Positions 10,048 to 18,987 of a stretch of 64,000 nt of DNA are shown piece by piece. The notes below the pieces were generated by a model. The model was not told where the DNA came from and made no database searches. It saw nothing but the letters and a program-made list of their open reading frames with translations. The DNA is from an uncultured Candidatus Saccharibacteria bacterium. Its GTDB lineage: Bacteria > Patescibacteriota > Doudnabacteria > UBA920 > O2-02-FULL-48-8. The stretch's first letter is position 1. The number at the start of each line of letters is the position of its first letter. The DNA is taken from assembly GCA_964605735.1 (NCBI GenBank), contig CAZSDS010000001.1, positions 340,813 through 404,812 on the forward strand, written 5' to 3'. The translations under genes were made by a program, and so were the position numbers.

Positions 10048-10926
10048 TTATTCATGCTCTCCTCTGATTCTTCCGCCAAGTGTCCTTAATTCCTCAAGCG
10101 CTTTTTTGGCCTGCTCGCCTTTTTTAGGCGCACCCGGAACATCTGATGCATCCGGCGGCACTCCATGCCATTCGTATCTGTATTCCATAAAATCAACGCC
10201 TTTGCCCGGAATAGTATGCGCTATTATCATAGTCGGATTTTCGTAAATGGCTTTGGCTTTGTTGCAGGCATCAATAATCTCCCTCATATTGTGCCCGTCA
10301 ACGTTGATCACAGTCCAGCCAAAAGACTCCCACTTTTCACGATACGGTTCCAGCGGCATAACATCTTCAGTGTAACCATCTATCTGAATATTGTTTCGGT
10401 CAACAATAGCAGTAAGATTTCGCAAATTATTTTTTCCGGCGAACATTGCCGCTTCCCAAACCTGTCCTTCCTGGGTCTCACCATCACCCATGACGCAATA
10501 CACTCGCCATGATTTTTTATCCACTTTCAAACCGGTATATGCCATGCCCACTGCCTGTGATATTCCCTGGCCAAGCGGTCCGGAAGAATTCTCAACTCCC
10601 GGCAAAACTTCATTATGCGGATGCCCGTGCAATCTTGTGCCAAGCTTGCGCAAAGTAGCCAATTCTTGTATCGGGAAAAATCCGGCATGCGCTAAAGTTG
10701 CATACCAGACAGGGCAGATATGCCCAGCAGACAAAACAAATCTGTCTCTGTTAGGCATTTCAGGGTTTTTTGGGTCGTAATTCATGATGCCGCCAAAGTA
10801 TAAGGCTGTAAACACGTCAGCCATGCCCAACGGCCCGGCACTGTGGCCGGACTTGGCCGCAACAAGCATCTTGATGATGTCTTGTCTGATTTCGTTTGCT
10901 TTTGTTTCTAGTTCTCTAATGTTCAT
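10048..10926 (-). CDS. transketolase, N-terminal (TPP-binding) subunit
   Basis: 292 aa with GHSAGPLGMAD and GDG...NN TPP-binding motifs; immediately upstream of the C-subunit gene (split transketolase). Confidence 0.9.
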   Translation of the reverse strand: MNIRELETKANEIRQDIIKMLVAAKSGHSAGPLGMADVFTALYFGGIMNYDPKNPEMPNRDRFVLSAGHICPVWYATLAHAGFFPIQELATLRKLGTRLHGHPHNEVLPGVENSSGPLGQGISQAVGMAYTGLKVDKKSWRVYCVMGDGETQEGQVWEAAMFAGKNNLRNLTAIVDRNNIQIDGYTEDVMPLEPYREKWESFGWTVINVDGHNMREIIDACNKAKAIYENPTMIIAHTIPGKGVDFMEYRYEWHGVPPDASDVPGAPKKGEQAKKALEELRTLGGRIRGEHE

Positions 10927-11219
10927 GTGATAAATTCGGAAATAATGTTAGCGATGTAATAAGAAATTATCCAGGAAAACGGGAATATGCTTAATACTGA
11001 TGAACCAATTAGTGATCTTCTCCAAAAAATTTTATGAATTGGAACAAGGGAATATATCAGCAAGCCTGTTAACCCGAGAATTGTTCCAATCACTGTCAAT
11101 GCATGCGTGGAAACATCACGATCCCCTTTTGATAATGCAGTGAACAGGGACATGTCCAAAAGTACTCCTGCCTGCACTATTATCATGAACAAAGGTAAAA
11201 TTCGTTCTCTGTTTCTCAT
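10923..11219 (-). CDS. hypothetical small membrane protein
   Basis: 98 aa, 3 predicted TM segments; 4-nt overlap with transketolase N-subunit start. Confidence 0.4.
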   Translation of the reverse strand: MRNRERILPLFMIIVQAGVLLDMSLFTALSKGDRDVSTHALTVIGTILGLTGLLIYSLVPIHKIFWRRSLIGSSVLSIFPFSWIISYYIANIISEFIT

Positions 11220-11222
11220 TTG

Positions 11223-11876
11223 TCAGTTTATTTCTGCGACCAATTCCTCAATTGCCTGTTTTGGATGCTCAGCTTTGACTATTGCTGAACCGGCAATTAT
11301 CCAATCTGCTCCGGCTTCTGCTATTTGTTTCGCTGTCCCGATTTTTGCGCCTCCATCTACGCAAATTATTACACTTTTCATGAGTTTTTTCAATTCTCTG
11401 ATCTTGTCCAGAGTTTCATATTCAAACGGCCTGCCCTGAGCGCCAGGATGCACACCCATCAGCTGAATCATATCAACGCGTTTGAGAAACAAAGCAATCT
11501 GATACGGCTTGGTTTCCGGATTTATGGCCAATCCAACTTTCAACCCAAGTTTGCGCGCTGCATCGATGACATCATCAATGTCGGTTTTCAGATGAAAAGC
11601 CTCATAGTGAATAATCACCCATTTGAAACCGAGCACTTTACAGTGGCTGAAATACTGGTCCGGTTCATAGGTCATAAAATGTGCCATCAGCTCAAACGGG
11701 GCATTCGTCATTTTTGGCAGATCATCAGGCATAACGGTTTTGTTGGGCAGAAACTCGCCATCAACGAAATCTATATGCATTTTTTTGAAATAGTGCCCCA
11801 ATGCAAAAAGTTCCGCATATTTCTTGCGGAAATCTGAGATATCATTGGTTAAAATTGCCGGGATAATTTCTGCCAT
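11223..11876 (-). CDS. rpe: ribulose-phosphate 3-epimerase
   Basis: 217 aa TIM-barrel with HxD...MGVHPG...DGG motifs typical of RPE. Confidence 0.9.
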   Translation of the reverse strand: MAEIIPAILTNDISDFRKKYAELFALGHYFKKMHIDFVDGEFLPNKTVMPDDLPKMTNAPFELMAHFMTYEPDQYFSHCKVLGFKWVIIHYEAFHLKTDIDDVIDAARKLGLKVGLAINPETKPYQIALFLKRVDMIQLMGVHPGAQGRPFEYETLDKIRELKKLMKSVIICVDGGAKIGTAKQIAEAGADWIIAGSAIVKAEHPKQAIEELVAEIN

Positions 11877-11879
11877 GGA

Positions 11880-12479
11880 TTAGTAGTTATACCAATCACC
11901 AGGATCTATGTCCTGCTTAACGTCATTATTATTAATTTCTACCACGATTGGCGCATGAGATTCGCATTTCACGTTTAACCCACACGTAACAAACTCCGAA
12001 TAATAAGCACTCATACCTCTACCAATCGCATAAACATAATACTTGCCTGTCGGGACTTCAACCTCGTAATCAGCTTGGTTGTAAGCTGTTTCAATACAAA
12101 TCTTTTCCTCGGAAATCAAATTGTCAGCACAAATAGTCATTGGCGGTATTCCCTCGCTTGGATATGACAATTTGCCTTTAATAACACCCTTGCCTTGTGT
12201 TGGGACTTGATTCACTTGTTCCCACCCCTCCGGCACATCACACGGCGTTGGAAATTCCTTAACTTCCCCAGTTTCTGGATTCCGAGCAGAAGTTATCACC
12301 TGAATACAAACACGCGCCTCTTCCGGGCCTGAATATTCCAGCTGATAGATGAACGCCACAGCCAGCAAAAAAGCAAAAGCTAAAAACGCATAACCCCACA
12401 GGTAATGACTGGCAAACCAATTCGGTTTATTGTCTGGCGGCTGCACTTGCGGCAACTGCGTGTTCATGCGGTTCATCAT
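11880..12479 (-). CDS. hypothetical membrane-anchored protein, paralog of 5045..5752
   Basis: 199 aa; N-terminal TM then RVCIQVITSARNPETGEVKEFPTPCDVPEGWEQ, matching the 5045..5752 product. Confidence 0.6.
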   Translation of the reverse strand: MMNRMNTQLPQVQPPDNKPNWFASHYLWGYAFLAFAFLLAVAFIYQLEYSGPEEARVCIQVITSARNPETGEVKEFPTPCDVPEGWEQVNQVPTQGKGVIKGKLSYPSEGIPPMTICADNLISEEKICIETAYNQADYEVEVPTGKYYVYAIGRGMSAYYSEFVTCGLNVKCESHAPIVVEINNNDVKQDIDPGDWYNY

Positions 12480-12928
12480 CAGAGATTTATGTCGATCTTT
12501 TTTACTTTATCGATTCGCCTCTTAAAACGCGGCTCAGAATTAAACGGAGTGGTCAAAAATGTATGCACAATTTTCTTGGCATTATCAATGGTCAGATAAT
12601 CCGACGGCAAGCACAAAATATTTGCGTCATCATCATTTCGGGCGGCCTGCGCAGACTGCTCATTCCAGGCTAAAGCTGCGCGCGCACCTTTTGCCTTGTT
12701 TGCCACAATGCACACTCCCTGCCCTGACCGGCAAACCAAGATCCCAAAAGTGTACGGCTCACTGCCAACCTTTGTGGCCACAGGCCAGGCGTAGTCCGGG
12801 TAATCGTCGTCGCTTTTATAGTCAAAAGCCCCCAGATCCTTTGGTTCAAAATGCCATTCCCTCAGCCACTTTATGACTTCATTTTTCAGTTTTATCCCTC
12901 CATGGTCAGCGCCTAGATATACTGTCAT
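12479..12928 (-). CDS. rpiB: ribose-5-phosphate isomerase B
   Basis: RpiB/LacAB fold (MTVYLGADHGG...LVCRSGQG). ATG at 12926-12928 overlaps the tpiA stop (ATGA coupling); upstream in-frame extension rejected. Confidence 0.85.
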   Translation of the reverse strand: MTVYLGADHGGIKLKNEVIKWLREWHFEPKDLGAFDYKSDDDYPDYAWPVATKVGSEPYTFGILVCRSGQGVCIVANKAKGARAALAWNEQSAQAARNDDDANILCLPSDYLTIDNAKKIVHTFLTTPFNSEPRFKRRIDKVKKIDINL

Positions 12929-13707
12929 GTTTTTCTGTGAATTGATTCCCTTGCAAATTCCTTCATTATCTCCCAAAAATTTTCAGCATCCAAAGAAGCC
13001 CCGCCCACAAGCGCCCCGTCAATCTCCGGAAATGAAGCGAACTCATGGACATTTGCTTTGTTTACAGTCCCGCCGTAAAGAATTTTCATATGCGCGGCGT
13101 GTCCTTTACCAACTTTTTTCGCGAGCAGATTTCTTATATGGCTAATCAATTGCGCAGCATGCTCGCCGGTTGCGGGGAATGAATTCTTCATGGTGGAAAT
13201 GGCCCAGAACGGCTCATATGCAAAAACTATTTTACCTATCTGGTCGCGGTTAAACCCCTTAACCGCCGCATTGAACTGTTTGTTAACAACTTTCTTCATG
13301 TCCTGCATTTTGGCCTTTTCCTCGCCACCCAGGCAAATCACCGGACGGATGTGGTGCTTCAAAATTGCCGCAACTTTACGATTAACATCCTTATCAGTTT
13401 CCCCAAAATACAGGCGGCGCTCTGAATGGCCAAGAATGACATATTCCACTCCCCGCCCTTTCAGTTGGGCAGCGGAAATTTCTCCAGTAAACGCCCCAGC
13501 CTCAGCCCAAGCCACATTTTGCGCACCCAGCTTAACTTGATGCACATGGTGATAGAACGGAGCCAGAAAAATTGCCGGAGGGCAAATTACCACCTCTGCG
13601 TGCGAGTTCACTGAGTACATGCGATGCTCTACAGCCAAAAGCAGGGCACGGGCCTGCTCCATTGTTTCCGGATTCATTTTCCAATTGGCTATGATGAGCT
13701 TTTTCAT
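12925..13707 (-). CDS. tpiA: triosephosphate isomerase
   Basis: 260 aa; ANWKMN, GHSERR and YGGS motifs. Confidence 0.95.
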   Translation of the reverse strand: MKKLIIANWKMNPETMEQARALLLAVEHRMYSVNSHAEVVICPPAIFLAPFYHHVHQVKLGAQNVAWAEAGAFTGEISAAQLKGRGVEYVILGHSERRLYFGETDKDVNRKVAAILKHHIRPVICLGGEEKAKMQDMKKVVNKQFNAAVKGFNRDQIGKIVFAYEPFWAISTMKNSFPATGEHAAQLISHIRNLLAKKVGKGHAAHMKILYGGTVNKANVHEFASFPEIDGALVGGASLDAENFWEIMKEFARESIHRKT

Positions 13708-13708
13708 T

Positions 13709-14731
13709 TTATTTTGTCTTTTTTTCGTGGTCCATGGGCAGACGCAACAGATCTGCGGCAGTCTCAGGCATGATCGTGTTCACGTAAACGTCAGACCCAA
13801 GTTCGAATCCGCCCCAAACATTAAGTCTTGGTAGGATCTCCAGATGCCAGTGGTAGCTGTTCAAATCATACCTGGTCATGACCCGGTGTGAAATCGGCAA
13901 AGTGTGGATGTAGTAATTATACGCCGGATTATTCAATTTGTAATATAGTTTTTGCAATGTCTGCTTTAAAACACGGCCCAGCGCCTTGCGCTCCTCATCC
14001 GTAACTTCAGTAAAATTGGCCATATGCCGCTTTGGAATGATGCGCAAAGCGTAGGGCACTCGAGCCGCAAACGGACAAAAAACCAAAAAGTCCTCATCAT
14101 CAATTACCACACGTTCTTTGTCAGACAACTCTTTCATGATCATTTGGCAGTACACACATGATCCATTCTGCTGATAGTACATATAACTGCCAGTCACTTC
14201 CTCATGCAGATGTTCCGGGACAAAAGGAGTGGCAAAAATCTGGGAATGGGGATGGAGTAAAGAAGCGCCGCCAGCTTTCCCGTGGTTTTGTAAAATATGG
14301 ATATAACGAACCTCCGGATGGCCGCTTAACTCTTTTATGCGTTGTTGATAGCTAAACAGGTTGGCATCCATGATATCATCGGACAAAAAGCCTGTCAGGA
14401 CATTGTGCTCACGCGTGATAATCACCTCATGGTCACCGATCCCCTCCCTGACATTGTAAAAATCCGTTTTCTTCCTTCCTCCGGCATGCCCCAAAGCCTC
14501 AAACTTATTTGGAATTACCCGGACCTTCCAGTCCTTCCCTTCAGGGAACGAGATAATTTCCAAATTGTAACCTTCATTACCTGGGCAAAATACGCACTTT
14601 GAATCACAGACAGGCAATCCTGCAGGATCTGGACTGGCCGGCTCTTGCCCGAAGTCCTCCGGTCGTTTGCTCCTGTTTGGGGCAAACAGAACCCAGTGAT
14701 GGGATACTATATCTTGTCTAAATTCGCTCAA
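13709..14731 (-). CDS. galT: galactose-1-phosphate uridylyltransferase family (HIT superfamily)
   Basis: 340 aa; N-terminal CxxC Zn site (CVFCPGNE) and catalytic HPHSQ (HxHxQ) motif. Confidence 0.8.
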   Translation of the reverse strand: MSEFRQDIVSHHWVLFAPNRSKRPEDFGQEPASPDPAGLPVCDSKCVFCPGNEGYNLEIISFPEGKDWKVRVIPNKFEALGHAGGRKKTDFYNVREGIGDHEVIITREHNVLTGFLSDDIMDANLFSYQQRIKELSGHPEVRYIHILQNHGKAGGASLLHPHSQIFATPFVPEHLHEEVTGSYMYYQQNGSCVYCQMIMKELSDKERVVIDDEDFLVFCPFAARVPYALRIIPKRHMANFTEVTDEERKALGRVLKQTLQKLYYKLNNPAYNYYIHTLPISHRVMTRYDLNSYHWHLEILPRLNVWGGFELGSDVYVNTIMPETAADLLRLPMDHEKKTK

Positions 14732-15257
14732 TCTTTTGTGTAAATTTGAATGTTTCCACTATCTTGCTGAACATCGAGCCCTTGCCTCGTAAAACCAACA
14801 ACCTGTCGCCCTCTTTGACCAAAATTATTTCTTCCGGCTGTTCTGTCCCCTGGGAAATCATTGTTGCGTTTAATCCGCCAACTCTGACCTGTCTTTCCTC
14901 TGTTCTGAACAAAGACTCCTTGACTGCACGCTCCTCAGATTCAGGATACAAACTGACCTTAAAGTATTCATTTACGTCCGTAGGACTGACAAAACTGATA
15001 GTATTCCCGGCTTCCGATTCCAGCCCCCAATTTTTTGGATATTTAAAGGAAAAACCTGACGGATGGTTAAACGAAGCCCAGGTGCGCGTACCCGTGGTTT
15101 CAGCCATCTGGTTCTGAAAATATATTTCGCTGATCTGAATCTGGGCGATCAAAGCCGAGCACACCAAAACAGCGATGGCGATCGTCCAGACCAACCAGCG
15201 ATTATCGTGAATTTTTATTTTATGCGGATGCCTCCACTTTGTTTTTCTTTTTGCCAT
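14718..15257 (-). CDS. hypothetical signal-anchored secreted protein
   Basis: 179 aa; basic N-terminus + TM, then GFSFKYPKNW motif resembling 6743..7801 and 26649..27086 products. Confidence 0.5.
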   Translation of the reverse strand: MAKRKTKWRHPHKIKIHDNRWLVWTIAIAVLVCSALIAQIQISEIYFQNQMAETTGTRTWASFNHPSGFSFKYPKNWGLESEAGNTISFVSPTDVNEYFKVSLYPESEERAVKESLFRTEERQVRVGGLNATMISQGTEQPEEIILVKEGDRLLVLRGKGSMFSKIVETFKFTQKIERI

Positions 15258-15280
15258 TTTTGTTTCCGATTAATTTGTTT

Positions 15281-15688
15281 TTAAGTTTTTTTATCCAGGT
15301 ACTGCTGGAGAAGTATTGCGGCGGCAATGTTATCCTTTATGCTTCTTTGATCCTTCTCTTTTATTTGTTGTTCCTGCAGAGACTTGCCAGAAGCAACACT
15401 GGAGAATCTTTCGTCCACGTATTCAACCTTAAGTCCGGTTTTTTTGTTCAGTTCTTCGCCAAACTGCTGGGCTTTCTTCGCCGACTCACCCATTTCTCCC
15501 TGCAAGGATAAAGGCAACCCTATGATAATCTTTTCGATTTCATACTCTCCCGCCAGTTTCTGGATTTCTGACACAGCAACTTTTGTCTCAAGTGTATGCT
15601 GAAGGGGAAAAGCTAATTTTTGCTCCTCATCAGTCATGGCCACGCCAACTCTGACCGTCCCCCAATCAACGCTCATTAATCTGCTCAT
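15281..15688 (-). CDS. ruvX: Holliday junction resolvase-like protein YqgF/RuvX
   Basis: 135 aa RNase H-like fold, MSVDWGTVRVGVA N-terminus typical of YqgF. Confidence 0.85.
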   Translation of the reverse strand: MSRLMSVDWGTVRVGVAMTDEEQKLAFPLQHTLETKVAVSEIQKLAGEYEIEKIIIGLPLSLQGEMGESAKKAQQFGEELNKKTGLKVEYVDERFSSVASGKSLQEQQIKEKDQRSIKDNIAAAILLQQYLDKKT

Positions 15689-15691
15689 TTA

Positions 15692-16960
15692 TTATTGTGT
15701 TTCGCCTAAGGTCACAGCGACTTCTTTTTCGCTTCCGCCGCTTAAAATCTTCATCCGAACGGTGTCACCTGGGCTGTAATTTTTCAAAATACCCGCCAAG
15801 CTGTGGTCTTTGTTAACCCGCTGTCCATTTATCTCCAAAATTATGTCATTCTCTTTGATACCCGCTTTGGAAGCGGCGGAATTTGCCACAACAGCCGGCT
15901 GGTTGCCGCTGGCCACCACCCAAGCTCCATAATTCACGCTTAAATTACTTTCCTCTTTGATGGCATCATTAACCAGAACATACCTTACCCCCAAAAACGG
16001 CTTAACAATCTTTCCAAATTTCTCAAAGCTGGCCAGATCAAGTTTCAAATCGTTCACTGGAATGGCAAAACCAACAAGCTGGCCCTGAGCGTCAATTGCC
16101 GTGTTAATGCCTATCACAGAACCGCCAATATCAAGGAGCGGTCCGCCCGAATTGCCTGGGTTAATGGCGGCATCAGTCTGGATTACACCCTCCAATTGTT
16201 CTGAACCACTACTGCCTGTTGCCGTAATTGTCCTTCCAATTCCTGAAACAACACCTGTGGTTACGGTGTTCTGGTACTGAGCCAGGGAATTTCCAATTGC
16301 AATGACGCGCTGTCCGATTTCAAGTTTGGAAGAATCGCCCAGCGGCAAAGTTGGGAAGCCGGAACCCTCAATCTTGACCAAAGCCAGATCATTTACAGGA
16401 TCACGGGACAGGACTTTAGCGTCATGGGTTTTCCCGTCTGTGGTCAAAACAGTGTAGCTGGCTTCTTCGTCGCTGACCACGTGTTTATTTGTAACAATCA
16501 AGCCCTCCGCCGTGATAAGAAATCCGGTTCCGCCGCCAACCTGCTGGATGTTGGGCGAAGAATCGTTATTGCGGGAATTAAAGAAAGGGTCAAAGCTGAA
16601 CGGCCCAAAATCAAATGGAGATGAAGAATACCCCGGAATCTTGTTGAGGTCTTTTGAAACAATGATCGAAACCACGGCTGGAGAGGCGCGCTTCACTACA
16701 TCTATCACTGCAGATTGCTCATCAACCTGAACTGTTTTAATTTCATCAAGATCCCCGCTCAGGCGGTTTCCCCTGTCATAAAGAGGAGCCAGATAAACTG
16801 AGCCAATCACACTGCCGCCCATGCCAAAAATAAAGCTCAGCAAAATCACTATCGTGAGCATTTTAGACCTTTCTTGTCTGTGGACAAGGTCTCCGGTCAA
16901 ACTTTTTTCTTGTATATTGGTATTTTTTTCTTCGGAATTTGATCCCATATATGCCTCCAA
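15692..16960 (-). CDS. htrA: HtrA/DegP-family serine protease with PDZ domain
   Basis: 422 aa; N-terminal TM, trypsin-like catalytic H (TNKHVV), D, S (GNSGGPL) and one C-terminal PDZ domain. Confidence 0.9.
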   Translation of the reverse strand: MEAYMGSNSEEKNTNIQEKSLTGDLVHRQERSKMLTIVILLSFIFGMGGSVIGSVYLAPLYDRGNRLSGDLDEIKTVQVDEQSAVIDVVKRASPAVVSIIVSKDLNKIPGYSSSPFDFGPFSFDPFFNSRNNDSSPNIQQVGGGTGFLITAEGLIVTNKHVVSDEEASYTVLTTDGKTHDAKVLSRDPVNDLALVKIEGSGFPTLPLGDSSKLEIGQRVIAIGNSLAQYQNTVTTGVVSGIGRTITATGSSGSEQLEGVIQTDAAINPGNSGGPLLDIGGSVIGINTAIDAQGQLVGFAIPVNDLKLDLASFEKFGKIVKPFLGVRYVLVNDAIKEESNLSVNYGAWVVASGNQPAVVANSAASKAGIKENDIILEINGQRVNKDHSLAGILKNYSPGDTVRMKILSGGSEKEVAVTLGETQ

Positions 16961-17023
16961 TTACCCATTAATTATAACACAAACTAATCACCCAAACCAA
17001 ATTTTTTCTTGGCGGTTAACAAA

Positions 17024-17788
17024 CTAAGTTGTTGTGATAATTTCACAACCGGCCTTAGTCACAAGTACAGTATGTTCAAAATGAGCCGAAGGAAGTCCGT
17101 CATATGTTCGGACAGTCCAGCCGTCCCGGTCAAAAATTATACGCCCTTTACCCATATTAACCATTGGTTCAATGGCAATAACCAATCCTTCTTGCACCTG
17201 CGGTCCTGTTCCGGGAATGCCAAAGCACGGGACATCTGGTTCTTCGTGGACGCTATTGCCAACGCCGTGCCCCACCAATTCTCTAACAACCTGAAATCCG
17301 TAATATTTCACGGTACTTTCAATGGCATGTCCGATGTTCCCTGTGAATGCCCCTGCTTTCACCACCTTCAGGGCGTTTTCCAGGCTTAACTTGGTCACAT
17401 CAATCAAATTCAAATATTTTTTGTCGACTTGCCCGACCGGCACTGTAATTGCCGCGTCAGTGTAAACCCCACGGTACTCCACGCCCAAATCCAAAGAAAC
17501 AATGTCGCCATTGCGTAAAATTTTGGTTTTTTTGGGTATGCCGTGAACTATTTCGCTGTTTACGGATACGCATAAACTTGCAGGGAAGGGGGTATCTTGC
17601 GGCGAAGATTTGTAGTTTTTAAAAGAGGGTGAAGCGCCTCGTCCTTTTATCTCCCGTTCAGCCAACTGGTCAAGGTCATAGGCGGAAATCCCCGGTTCAA
17701 CCCTGCTTGCGACCAGATTTAAAACTTCGGCCAGAATTTGTCCGCTTTTTTTCAGAGTTTCGAGTTGTTTGTCGTCCTTGATGATCAT
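17024..17788 (-). CDS. map: methionine aminopeptidase type I
   Basis: 254 aa pita-bread fold with the conserved metal-ligand D, D, H, E, E pattern. Confidence 0.95.
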   Translation of the reverse strand: MIIKDDKQLETLKKSGQILAEVLNLVASRVEPGISAYDLDQLAEREIKGRGASPSFKNYKSSPQDTPFPASLCVSVNSEIVHGIPKKTKILRNGDIVSLDLGVEYRGVYTDAAITVPVGQVDKKYLNLIDVTKLSLENALKVVKAGAFTGNIGHAIESTVKYYGFQVVRELVGHGVGNSVHEEPDVPCFGIPGTGPQVQEGLVIAIEPMVNMGKGRIIFDRDGWTVRTYDGLPSAHFEHTVLVTKAGCEIITTT

Positions 17789-18347
17789 TGATAAATTTCT
17801 GGATATCAGCGGCTACTGCATTGATACTGCGATGGCCGTCCACTGACCTGAGCTTCCCCTGTGATTTAAAGTAATTTAAAGTTTTCGCTACCTGCAACCT
17901 ATACATATTAATCCTATTTTCGACATATTTCCAGTCCTGGTCGTCGCGCATCCGCTTAAGAGATCTTTTTTTGACTTCAGAGGCGGGAAGGCTGATGCCA
18001 ATAACCAGATAGTCGCGGTCCCGCTGTTTGAGCAGTTTTGTCAGAAGCTGGGCTTCAGGCTTCAGCCGCGGATTGCCTATGAACAGCAAATCTTCATTTC
18101 TTCGTGCGGCCGCAAGCTGTTTTGTGATGAACTCCTTCATCAGTTTAACCGGAGCGGCTTGGCCTTTGCTGAATGTCCTGCGCAAAAGTTCGCCAACGGC
18201 GTTTTTTTGTTTGGCCATCTTCCGCCAGTGCTTTCCTGACTCAACAGGACGCATCTTGTATTTTTTTCTCAGTATGAGAGCTTGCGTGTCTTTCCCGGCC
18301 GCCGGCGCTCCCAACAGTATCACATCAAATCCTAACTTGGTGGCCAT
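17697..18347 (-). CDS. divergent adenylate-kinase-family paralog (P-loop GAPAAGKDT)
   Basis: 216 aa collinear with adenylate kinases (P-loop, NMP-binding and C-terminal helix regions) but with GKDT instead of GKGT and a K/R/S-rich C-terminal tail overlapping map by about 90 nt. Confidence 0.6.
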   Translation of the reverse strand: MATKLGFDVILLGAPAAGKDTQALILRKKYKMRPVESGKHWRKMAKQKNAVGELLRRTFSKGQAAPVKLMKEFITKQLAAARRNEDLLFIGNPRLKPEAQLLTKLLKQRDRDYLVIGISLPASEVKKRSLKRMRDDQDWKYVENRINMYRLQVAKTLNYFKSQGKLRSVDGHRSINAVAADIQKFINDHQGRQTTRNSEKKRTNSGRSFKSGRKQG

Positions 18348-18912
18348 GGTCGAGTTTCTTTAAGATGTCTGCGTGCACTTTTTCTATGCTTTGATCGCCG
18401 TTAATGCGAATCAGGCAGTGCTGTCGGTCAAAATAGTCAAGCAGCGGGTACGTCTTTTCATCATACTCCTTGAAACGAATGTCTATCACTTCCGGGTTGT
18501 CATCTGCGCGCGAATCAGCCCTTTTCAAAAGCCTTTGCAAAACATGGGATTTAGGCACATCAATGTAAATTGCTTTAACCCGGTCAACCTTGTACTTTGA
18601 GATGCCTTCGTCCAAAATTTTTATCTGATGGATATCCCTTGGGAATCCGTCCAGAACCAAACCCTCCGCTTTAGGCAAGCTTTTTAGCTTATCGTGGAAA
18701 ATTTTTCTGATCCAATCATCCGGGATAATATGGCCTTTATCTATAAATTTTTTAATGTCTTTGGCTCGCTCATCTTTTGCCTTGGAAACTTCCCGCAGGG
18801 TTTGCCCCAAACTTAAGTAATTATAGTTTAATATCGGAGCAAGCAATTTCCCCTGCGTGCCCTTTCCGGAACCTGGCGGACCTATCAAAATAAGAAAGTT
18901 TTTTATTTTCAT
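18325..18912 (-). CDS. adk: adenylate kinase (short type, no LID insertion)
   Basis: GPPGSGKGTQ P-loop, LDGFPR motif. ATG at 18910-18912 chosen; the upstream in-frame TTG at 18942 lacks an SD. Confidence 0.85.
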   Translation of the reverse strand: MKIKNFLILIGPPGSGKGTQGKLLAPILNYNYLSLGQTLREVSKAKDERAKDIKKFIDKGHIIPDDWIRKIFHDKLKSLPKAEGLVLDGFPRDIHQIKILDEGISKYKVDRVKAIYIDVPKSHVLQRLLKRADSRADDNPEVIDIRFKEYDEKTYPLLDYFDRQHCLIRINGDQSIEKVHADILKKLDHGHQVRI

Positions 18913-18949
18913 CTTCTTTATTATAACAGCTTTCACCGGCAATAAAAAT

Positions 18950-18980
18950 ATAAAAACCCCGCTTTGAGAGCGGGGTTTAT
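18950..18980 (-). terminator. hairpin + T-run between secY and adk (possible internal terminator/attenuator)
   Basis: ccccgct-ttgag-agcgggg stem-loop; on the minus strand it is followed by tttttatattttt. Confidence 0.45.
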
Positions 18981-18987
18981 GGTCTGA

